From Escherichia phage A4: DNA of 64,000 bases. Under the pieces are notes generated by a model that was not told the DNA's origin, did not search any database, and saw only the letters and a program-made list of their open reading frames with translations. The stretch's first letter is position 1. Each line of letters opens with the position of its first letter. The position numbers and the translations under genes are program-made. This document shows, in pieces, positions 53,903-61,593 of the stretch. Location of the stretch: sequence record ON286972. One strand, 5' to 3'.

Positions 53903-53918
53903 ATAAATATTTGTATAT
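53903..53918 (+). promoter_or_regulatory. late-promoter-like motif before scaffold gene
   Basis: ATAAATATTTGTATAT, then ATTTCAGTACT leader and AAAGGAG Shine-Dalgarno. Confidence 0.5.
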
Positions 53919-53958
53919 TTGAAGTACAGATATTTCAGTACTTAAAGGAGAGAACAGA

Positions 53959-55077
53959 ATGTCTAAATTAGAAAAGCTTCTAAAAGAATCATCTCTTTCT
54001 GATGAAGCAAAACAGCTAATTCAGGAAGCATGGAATGAAGAAAAGAACACACTAGCCGCTGAAATGCGTGAAGAAATGAAAGGCCGTTATAAACAAGACC
54101 TAGCTGAACTAACAGAAGGTCTTAACACTATGGTTACTCAAGTTATCGCTGAAGAAATGGGTGCAGTATATGACGAGAAAAAACGTCTCGTTGAAGACCG
54201 CGTTACCCTCCGTAAAACTCTTGGTAACTTCTCTGAATTCGCTAATTCAGTACTAGCTGAAGAAGTTAAACAAATGCGTAACGAACGTAAACTAGTTCAA
54301 GAAAGCCTCGGTAAATTCGTTAATTTCTCTAACGGTATCCTAGCTGAAGAACTAAAAGAATTCCACAGCGAAAAACGTCAACTAGTAGAAGCTCGTGTAA
54401 AACTACTTGCTGAAGGTTCTCGTCAAATTGCAGAAGCACGTAATAACTTTATCAAACGTACCTCTGAAAGTGCTGCTAAATATATTGCAGAAACCACTCA
54501 GAAAAATCTTTACGCTTTGAAACAAGATCTTGCTGAAGCTAAACAAAATATGTTCGGTCGTAAAATCTTTGAAGCATTTGCTCAAGAATTTAATACCAAA
54601 CAATTTAATGAGAATTCACTACTTCGTTCTTTGACTGAATCAATCAAATCTAAAGAAGATGAGATTGCTCAAGTTAAACAAGAACTAAATGAATCTGTTA
54701 ACGCAGTTAAAGAAGTTCAATCAAAACTACGTATCATGGAAGATACACAGGCACGCAATGCGATTATGTCTGAATTGGTTAAGCCTTTGACTAGTCAACA
54801 AAAACAAATTATGGAATCCCTTCTAGCTGCTTCTCCAACAGAAAAGCTTAAAGAAGATTTCAGCAAGTACCATAAGTCTGTACTTAACGGTACTAAAGTA
54901 AATGAATCTGCTACCACTCGTCAAGCAGTTCAACCTTCAGCGAAGAAAACAACCCTAGCAGAAGGTAAAGTAATCACTGGCAACCGTCAGGCTATTGTTG
55001 AAAGCGAAGAAATGACCGCTGACGATATGGCATTCCTAAAAGAACTCGACGTTCTTTCTGGTATCAATAAAAAATAA
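53959..55077 (+). CDS. gp22: prohead scaffold protein (at the gp22 position)
   Basis: 372-aa charged protein with coiled-coil character, between protease and capsid genes; late promoter motif upstream. Confidence 0.6.
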   Translation: MSKLEKLLKESSLSDEAKQLIQEAWNEEKNTLAAEMREEMKGRYKQDLAELTEGLNTMVTQVIAEEMGAVYDEKKRLVEDRVTLRKTLGNFSEFANSVLAEEVKQMRNERKLVQESLGKFVNFSNGILAEELKEFHSEKRQLVEARVKLLAEGSRQIAEARNNFIKRTSESAAKYIAETTQKNLYALKQDLAEAKQNMFGRKIFEAFAQEFNTKQFNENSLLRSLTESIKSKEDEIAQVKQELNESVNAVKEVQSKLRIMEDTQARNAIMSELVKPLTSQQKQIMESLLAASPTEKLKEDFSKYHKSVLNGTKVNESATTRQAVQPSAKKTTLAEGKVITGNRQAIVESEEMTADDMAFLKELDVLSGINKK

Positions 55078-55101
55078 ACATTTTAAAGCATTTTAATAAT
55101 C

Positions 55102-55133
55102 AATTTTTTCAGTACCATAAATAATAACATACT
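55102..55133 (+). promoter_or_regulatory. conserved leader element before major capsid gene
   Basis: AATTTTTTCAGTACCATAAATAATAACATACT containing CATAAATA. Confidence 0.5.
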
Positions 55134-55169
55134 GAAAAACGAATATAACATCTTTAAGGAGATAATATA

Positions 55170-56345
55170 ATGTCACAACTACTAAATGAATCCAAATGGG
55201 TAGCAGTTAAAGAGAAACTAGTTGAAGGTCTTCAAGGTACTCGTAAATCCGTAATGGAAACCGTTCTTGATAACCATCGTAAAGTTATGCTACAAGAATC
55301 TGCAACCGCTGGTGCAACTTCTGCTGGTAACATCGCTACTCTAAACAAAGTGATTCTACCAATTATGCGTCGTGTAATGCCAACCGTTATCGCTAACGAA
55401 ATCATCGGTGTTCAACCAATGACTGGCCCAGTTGGTCAAATCCACACTCTACGTGTTCAATACGCTGACAACGCACCAGGTGTTGTAGCTGGCGAAGAAA
55501 TGCTATCTCCATTCAAGATTGCTAAATCTTACACTGGTGAGCTAAACTCTGACAACAGCAACCCACAAGCTGCTCCTACTAGCCAACTAGAAGGTACTAT
55601 GGGTCGTCGCGTTAACATCCGTATCCTACGTGAAACTGTTGAAGCGAAATCTCGTCGTCTATCTGCACGTTGGACTGTTGAATCTGCACAAGATGCACAA
55701 TCTCAACATGGTATCGACGTTGAAGCTGAACTAATGGCTGCTATCGCACAAGAAGTTACCGTTGAAATCGACCAAGAACTACTAAGCCGTCTACGTGCTC
55801 TACCAGGTGCTGCTGCTGTAACTTATGACCAATCTAAAGTAACTGGCGTTGCTACTTTCGTTGGTGATGAGCACGCTGCTCTAGCTACCCTAATCAACCG
55901 TCAAGCGAACGAAGTTGCTCGTCGTACCAAACGTGGTGCTGCGAACTGGGCTGTTGTTTCCCCAACCGCTCTAACTATTCTACAATCTGCAACTACTTCT
56001 AGCTTTGCACGTACTACTGAAGGTACTTTTGAAGCACCAACTAACGTTAAATTCGTTGGTACTCTAAACAGCACCATGCGTATCTTTGTTGATACCTACG
56101 CAAGTGACGTAGAAGATATTCTAATTGGTTATAAAGGTAATGCAGAAACTGATGCTGGTGTATTCTATTGCCCATACATCCCACTAATGGCATCTGGTAC
56201 TGTTATGGACCCTAACACTGGAGAACTCGTTACAACTTTCTTAACCAGATACGGGTATGTTCAGTTGACCGATAGCACCAGTTCACTAGGTAACGCTGCG
56301 GACTACTACAGCAAAATCGCTATCAAAAACGTTACTTTCATGTAA
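55170..56345 (+). CDS. gp23: major capsid protein gp23-like
   Basis: IANEIIGVQPMTGPVGQ, VEAKSRRLSARWTVESAQDAQSQHGIDVEAEL and GYKGNAETDAGVFYCPYIPL align with T4 gp23; strong terminator follows. 391 aa versus 521 in T4. Confidence 0.9.
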   Translation: MSQLLNESKWVAVKEKLVEGLQGTRKSVMETVLDNHRKVMLQESATAGATSAGNIATLNKVILPIMRRVMPTVIANEIIGVQPMTGPVGQIHTLRVQYADNAPGVVAGEEMLSPFKIAKSYTGELNSDNSNPQAAPTSQLEGTMGRRVNIRILRETVEAKSRRLSARWTVESAQDAQSQHGIDVEAELMAAIAQEVTVEIDQELLSRLRALPGAAAVTYDQSKVTGVATFVGDEHAALATLINRQANEVARRTKRGAANWAVVSPTALTILQSATTSSFARTTEGTFEAPTNVKFVGTLNSTMRIFVDTYASDVEDILIGYKGNAETDAGVFYCPYIPLMASGTVMDPNTGELVTTFLTRYGYVQLTDSTSSLGNAADYYSKIAIKNVTFM

Positions 56346-56368
56346 TAATAAAGAATTTAAATATACTA

Positions 56369-56398
56369 GGGACTCTTCGGAGTCCCTTTTCTTTTTTT
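56369..56398 (+). terminator. strong rho-independent terminator after major capsid gene
   Basis: GGGACTC-ttcg-GAGTCCC then TTTTCTTTTTTT. Confidence 0.8.
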
Positions 56399-56474
56399 CA
56401 GAAAAAAAGCTTGACAAGTAGATTTTAATTATATATAATTACCACATACCAAAAATCACAAAGAGACAAATAAA

Positions 56475-57581
56475 ATGCCAAAAGTAAGTATCGACAAAGA
56501 AAAATTCATTGAAGAGATGAACAACAAGTATGGAGCATATGGTGAATTTGATTTCAGCACTTTAGTATTCAAAGCCAGTAAGACAACAGTTAAATGTAAT
56601 AAATGCGGAAAAGAAAATACTAAACCTGCACTACGTCACATTTCATGTACATGTTCTTCATGTTATTCAAACATGTCACAGCGTTCGAACAACGAAAAAT
56701 TTATCAGCACGGTAGAAACTAAATTTGGAAAAGATAAATTCAAATTTGATAAACTAAATTACATTAACGCTATAACAAAAGTAACAATACTCTGTACAGA
56801 CGAAGAACATAACGATTACTTTGAAATTACACCAAACAAATTTCTTACTGGTAAGGGATGTCCTATATGTAATAAAAATGAAGCATACAGTACTGAAGAA
56901 TTCGTAGAAAAAGTAAAAGAAAATTATGGTGATTCATTAGATTTAACTAACACAGTATATGTAAATCAAAAAACTAAAGTAACTGTGTATTGTAAAGCGG
57001 GTAACCATGAATGGACAGTTGATCCGAAAACTTTACTTGTTGGTAAGACTGGTTGTGGTACATGCTCCGGTAAAGGTGGTCGCAGTACTGAACGTTTCAT
57101 TGAACTGGTATCACCTATCCATAACCATAAGTATGATTATAGTTTGGTTGAATATACTATAAGCGAGAATTATGTTGATATTGTATGTCCAACTCATGGT
57201 GTTTTCTCCCAACAACCAAAAGCACATATGGCTGGTAAAGGATGCCCATCATGTGGTGAATATGGATATCAGCCATCAAAACCTGGATATTTCTATGTTC
57301 AAAAACTAACTAATAAAGATAAGACAGTGTACAAGTATGGAATCACTGGCGATATGAAACGCCGTGTAAATGAGCAAAGTCGTCATTCTGATTTTGAACA
57401 CACTGTACTGGTAGAACGTTACTTTGAAGATGGTCATAAACCCTTAGTACTGGAAAAGTTTTTGAAACAATACATTGATAGTGGTGTAGTAACTACTGAA
57501 GAGTTGCCATCAGGATTCACAGAAACTTTTGATGCTAAGTATCTTGAAACAGTACTGGAGATTGTAAATACATTTGAATAA
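56475..57581 (+). CDS. zinc-ribbon repeat protein with C-terminal GIY-YIG-superfamily-like domain (putative free-standing endonuclease)
   Basis: Four ~60-aa modules each ending in a Cys pair (CNKCGKEN / GKGCPICN / GCGTCSG / GKGCPSCG), then GYFYVQKL...YKYGITGDMKRRVNEQSRH; motif reading only. Confidence 0.45.
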   Translation: MPKVSIDKEKFIEEMNNKYGAYGEFDFSTLVFKASKTTVKCNKCGKENTKPALRHISCTCSSCYSNMSQRSNNEKFISTVETKFGKDKFKFDKLNYINAITKVTILCTDEEHNDYFEITPNKFLTGKGCPICNKNEAYSTEEFVEKVKENYGDSLDLTNTVYVNQKTKVTVYCKAGNHEWTVDPKTLLVGKTGCGTCSGKGGRSTERFIELVSPIHNHKYDYSLVEYTISENYVDIVCPTHGVFSQQPKAHMAGKGCPSCGEYGYQPSKPGYFYVQKLTNKDKTVYKYGITGDMKRRVNEQSRHSDFEHTVLVERYFEDGHKPLVLEKFLKQYIDSGVVTTEELPSGFTETFDAKYLETVLEIVNTFE

Positions 57582-57605
57582 ACACTAAGCAGGGAAGCTT
57601 TCACT

Positions 57606-57956
57606 ATGTTAACTGTATACATTTTTAAAAAAGAAGAGTACTTAAAGAGTCAGTACTCAAAAATTGAGATCAATGTTCCTTATGGAACGTTGGTGGGTTA
57701 TGATGAGGCTACGGAGACGTTGTATTACAATGATGATCGTCTGGATTACAGTACTGATCATTTTATAGAAGATATATTGAGTACTGAATCAGAAGACATG
57801 TTGTATGAAGAATATATTGACAAATACAAAGAACGCATGTCGAAGTTACATGCTGATGCTCCAGTACTGAACACTCCTAAAACCCCATCCGAGTTTGATC
57901 CTCAAAATCCATTTCAACGCCTGATAGATGCGGGTGTAAACTTCAGAATTAGTTAA
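57606..57956 (+). CDS. hypothetical protein
   Basis: 116-aa ORF between the two GIY-YIG-like genes. Confidence 0.3.
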   Translation: MLTVYIFKKEEYLKSQYSKIEINVPYGTLVGYDEATETLYYNDDRLDYSTDHFIEDILSTESEDMLYEEYIDKYKERMSKLHADAPVLNTPKTPSEFDPQNPFQRLIDAGVNFRIS

Positions 57957-57986
57957 TAATAAATATCTCCATACTAGGAGATATCT

Positions 57987-58295
57987 ATGTCACAAATATG
58001 TTATGTAATCACTAATAGTGCATGGCCTGAATATGTAAAGATAGGCTTCACTACAAAATCAGAGATGAAAGAGCGTTTAGGTGTTTATCAGACAGCTTCA
58101 CCATTCAGGGATTTTGAGGTATACCATCAGGTTATGTTTGACGATGCACGAACAGCAGAAAAGGAAGTGCATAAGAGATTAAAGCAAATGAATGCAACAA
58201 GGCAACCTAACTCTGAATGGTTCAAGATGCCTAAAAAGTTAGCTGCAAATATTATTGATTCCGTATTGGATGATATGGAAAATGATTTACTATAG
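57987..58295 (+). CDS. T5orf172 / GIY-YIG-like domain protein
   Basis: CYVITNSAWPEYVKIGFTTKSEMKERL...VH..L...EWF fits the T5orf172-type GIY-YIG pattern; GGAG Shine-Dalgarno. Confidence 0.55.
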   Translation: MSQICYVITNSAWPEYVKIGFTTKSEMKERLGVYQTASPFRDFEVYHQVMFDDARTAEKEVHKRLKQMNATRQPNSEWFKMPKKLAANIIDSVLDDMENDLL

Positions 58296-58335
58296 ATATA
58301 AATATGATATATATTAAACAAAAAAGGATTTTTAC

Positions 58336-59946
58336 ATGAGCATAAGTTTTAATCATCCACAGAATACTGTAACCAGTACTGCGGAAAATGGTTCATTGAA
58401 TCTAATAGTACTAGGTGGTACACCAACTAATCCTCGACCAATTAGAATGAATTCTTCATCGGTAATACTACCTGTTCAGGATTTACCTATTGGTGAAGCA
58501 GGGGCGATAGTATTTGACAAAAACACTCTTACTTTGAAGTATCATGATGGTACGAACTGGATTGAAATGTTAAGTGCTGCCGATGTAGTTGCACCAATTG
58601 AACAACAGATTCAGGATATCAATTCTATACTTGGAACTAAGGTTGATAGAGTAACCTATTCAATGTCATCAATTCCAACTGCTTCTATTAGCGGAACTAC
58701 ATTGAATATTATATTCCCAACACCTTCATCAATTCAAGGAGCTAATGGTTTGTACACGAGTGCTAAACCTGGATGTATTATGCATTATAGCTTGACATCT
58801 GGACAAACCGTTGCTAGTATACGTGAACAAATGTCGGGTAGTACTGGTGGACAGAGTGGTCGTGACGGCTCCCAAGCTAAACCGTGGAAAACATCCGATG
58901 GTTGGTGTTTTGCTGATGGTATGTGGTGGCAGTGGCAAGGTGCTAATGGTACAATAACCAAACAAGTACCAAACTTGAACCGTGATGGATATTTAAGAAG
59001 TATCACCACTAGTGGTATAACCAAAACTGACGCAATTATTGCAGGTGGTGGTTCATTAACACCGAGTACTTTCACTATTCCAGACCACATTCATGGGACT
59101 GGTAAAATGTTAGGTACTAACGGTAGTGATGCGGATGATGCTGTTTTCATTAGTGGTAGAGCATGGAATGATGGCAGAGGCTATCGTGGTCCTGCAATCT
59201 TTGGTGATAAGAATGCCCGTATGGAGTTTAGTGTAGATGGTAATAATGCAGCAACTGCATTATCAACTTCACAACCAATTTATGATGATGCGAATGCCCG
59301 CACAATAACCCATAACCATACAGTAACAGGTATTGACGTACCACACTTTAACACTGCAATTTTGTATAACATTTCCGAACCATCAGTTGCGATGAGCGAA
59401 AATACTGCAAATGATCGTTTTGTTCGTAAAACTGGTGATACAATGTCTGGTGAATTATACATTGCTAACCGTGCTGGTATTCGTGGTGGTGGTGATTTGT
59501 ACTTATTCTTCCAGAACGCTAGTGGTGGTGAACGTGCAGCAGTATACTTCCAAGGTAATGAACTAAGACTTCGTGCTGGTGGTGGTGCTGTAACAGTTAA
59601 CAGTGGTGGTTCTTTGTATATTCCAGGTTCATTAACAGTTAACGCAGCATCAGCAACTGTCGGAACGAAACATATAGTACGTTCTGTTAACGGCTCAACT
59701 GCTGGTTCTGATGGTAATGTAAATATATCTGTCGGATCAGTACAAGATGTACGTTTTTTCAATCAAGATTATTATTGGCCGGGTGGTAATGAGTTATCAT
59801 GGCACTTTGTGTGTCCATCAGGTGCAGTACTAAGTGGTATAAATGTACAAGATGTTGGTAAAAACTCTGCTGATAACATTGGTGGTGTGAATTATAAATT
59901 TATACAAATTTTGGTTGATGGTAGCTGGAGAAATATAAACGGATAA
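58336..59946 (+). CDS. tail fibre protein
   Basis: DRFVRKTGDTMSGELYI fibre hallmark plus Gly-rich beta repeats; N-terminus MSISFN mirrors MTISFN of the collagen-like fibre protein. Confidence 0.5.
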   Translation: MSISFNHPQNTVTSTAENGSLNLIVLGGTPTNPRPIRMNSSSVILPVQDLPIGEAGAIVFDKNTLTLKYHDGTNWIEMLSAADVVAPIEQQIQDINSILGTKVDRVTYSMSSIPTASISGTTLNIIFPTPSSIQGANGLYTSAKPGCIMHYSLTSGQTVASIREQMSGSTGGQSGRDGSQAKPWKTSDGWCFADGMWWQWQGANGTITKQVPNLNRDGYLRSITTSGITKTDAIIAGGGSLTPSTFTIPDHIHGTGKMLGTNGSDADDAVFISGRAWNDGRGYRGPAIFGDKNARMEFSVDGNNAATALSTSQPIYDDANARTITHNHTVTGIDVPHFNTAILYNISEPSVAMSENTANDRFVRKTGDTMSGELYIANRAGIRGGGDLYLFFQNASGGERAAVYFQGNELRLRAGGGAVTVNSGGSLYIPGSLTVNAASATVGTKHIVRSVNGSTAGSDGNVNISVGSVQDVRFFNQDYYWPGGNELSWHFVCPSGAVLSGINVQDVGKNSADNIGGVNYKFIQILVDGSWRNING

Positions 59947-59949
59947 TTT

Positions 59950-60405
59950 ATGATAACTTTAAAAAATTTTAAATCATATGAAGGTAATGACCCTAAATTA
60001 AAAAAATTAAATGTTGCTTTTTTAATTTCAGAATGTGGAATGGATTGGTATGATTCTCAAAAATTATTTTCCGAAAATACAATGAAAATTGTGGTTGATA
60101 AAAATAATATAGTTTGCAATGCAACACGTGATATTACTATGATGTATCCAGTGGATGCTAGTGTATATGAAATTGAATATGATGGTGATGGACATGAACT
60201 AAGAGGAAAAATATATCATGAAGAAGATGGCACTTTTTCTGAAAGACCACCTCGTAAACCTACCCCACAACAAATATTCAATGATTTGAGTGAACGTAAA
60301 AAAGTACTGGACATGAAGAAAGAATTCGATATGTTGAGCACTGAAGAAGCTGCTGAGTACGAGAAGCTAATCTCTGATCTTAAAGAAGTACTAAATCTAC
60401 TATAA
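59950..60405 (+). CDS. hypothetical protein (possible fibre assembly chaperone by position)
   Basis: 151-aa ORF immediately after a fibre gene; 13-bp-stem terminator follows. Confidence 0.3.
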   Translation: MITLKNFKSYEGNDPKLKKLNVAFLISECGMDWYDSQKLFSENTMKIVVDKNNIVCNATRDITMMYPVDASVYEIEYDGDGHELRGKIYHEEDGTFSERPPRKPTPQQIFNDLSERKKVLDMKKEFDMLSTEEAAEYEKLISDLKEVLNLL

Positions 60406-60413
60406 TACATAAA

Positions 60414-60453
60414 ATAGACATACTACTCATTTAGGTAGTGTGTCTATTTTTAT
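60414..60453 (+). terminator. rho-independent terminator
   Basis: 13-bp stem ATAGACATACTAC/GTAGTGTGTCTAT (one wobble) then TTTTTAT. Confidence 0.6.
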
Positions 60454-60605
60454 CCCTTTAAATTGGATGTATTTTTATTAAATTAAAATAAATATCAATG
60501 CTTATGTACAGAGTAGAAAACTATTAAGTACAGTGCTCTATTTTGTTTATAAGTTTTTTTATTTTATTTTTAATAATTTACAGTCAAAAGAGGGGTTTTA
60601 TATAC

Positions 60606-61103
60606 ATGTTAATTTATAGAGGTTGGGAACAGTATTATCCAGAATCTGAATATTCATTTTCATTTTATAGAGATGAAAATGGCAATGATTGGTATGAATT
60701 GCGTGATGAATTAATGAAATTGTCCAATGTTTGTGGTTTTCTTGTAGCTTATCGCGGGGATGGAGATCCAAATAATAATTACATCGCCAGTGCTAGTTCG
60801 GAAATTGATAGACTCTCTCCTGTAAATCATGATTTGTATATTGTAGATATAAGTATCATACCTGATGATTTCTTAGAGAATCCGTGGAATTATATGTTGT
60901 ATAATGATACAATAGTTCCAAATGCAATCATGCGACAACAAGAAATAGACATGGCAGTTCGTTGGGCTGATGAAGAAATCAAGATGCTAACGACCCCACG
61001 CTTACTTCAAGCTTATCTAGCAGAAGTTCGTGCATACCGTGCAGAACTGTTGGCAATAGATTTAAATGAAACCCCATTTATTGATTTACCATTCAGACCA
61101 TAA
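60606..61103 (+). CDS. hypothetical protein
   Basis: Track ORF begins at a TTG (60543) in AT-rich spacer; ATG 60606 has an AGAGGGG Shine-Dalgarno and is taken as the start. Confidence 0.35.
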   Translation: MLIYRGWEQYYPESEYSFSFYRDENGNDWYELRDELMKLSNVCGFLVAYRGDGDPNNNYIASASSEIDRLSPVNHDLYIVDISIIPDDFLENPWNYMLYNDTIVPNAIMRQQEIDMAVRWADEEIKMLTTPRLLQAYLAEVRAYRAELLAIDLNETPFIDLPFRP

Positions 61104-61110
61104 AATTTTT

Positions 61111-61138
61111 GGGACACATTGAGAAGTACTGATATAAT
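61111..61138 (+). promoter_or_regulatory. sigma70-like promoter upstream of the polymerase block
   Basis: GGGACA-N16-TGaTATAAT. Confidence 0.45.
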
Positions 61139-61205
61139 AGAGACATTCCACGAGGAACATTGTGGAGTGTCTATTTTTTTTTCATTAACACATGGAGATA
61201 CAACA

Positions 61206-61508
61206 ATGGCTAAGTCTAAAAAAGAAGCAAAAGTAGAAATTCGTGACCTAAACGACGAACAACGTAAACGTCTAAGTGATGGTCTAAACAATGCAGTGGT
61301 ACAGCTAACCTTTATTGATGATACCAAAGCTTCCTATACTGATTTCATCAACTCTCTTTCTGATGAGCTAGGTATTGATGCATCCGATATCAAACAAGCT
61401 GCACAACGCATTTACAAAGGCGATTACTTTGATAAGCAAAACAAACTAGACAACATCGAAACTATCCTAAGCGTAACTAATAATCTACCACAAGCTGATG
61501 ATTATTAA
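61206..61508 (+). CDS. hypothetical small protein
   Basis: Start at ATG 61206 after GGAG; early-type promoter (GGGACA-N16-TGaTATAAT) just upstream. Confidence 0.35.
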   Translation: MAKSKKEAKVEIRDLNDEQRKRLSDGLNNAVVQLTFIDDTKASYTDFINSLSDELGIDASDIKQAAQRIYKGDYFDKQNKLDNIETILSVTNNLPQADDY

Positions 61509-61535
61509 TCAGTACTGAATACTTAAAAATTTATG

Positions 61536-61563
61536 AGCCTCCAATGTTGGGGGCTTTTATTTT
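61536..61563 (+). terminator. rho-independent terminator before the polymerase gene
   Basis: AGCCTCC-aatgtt-GGGGGCT then TTTTATTTT. Confidence 0.55.
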
Positions 61564-61593
61564 AACTTAATACAATGTAAAGGAATACAATAG

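Noticed and set aside
60543-60605. TTG-initiated N-terminal extension of ORF 60543-61103
   Set aside because: The extension (FISFFILFLIIYS) is translated from AT-rich spacer containing the upstream terminator tail; ATG 60606 has a proper AGAGGGG Shine-Dalgarno.
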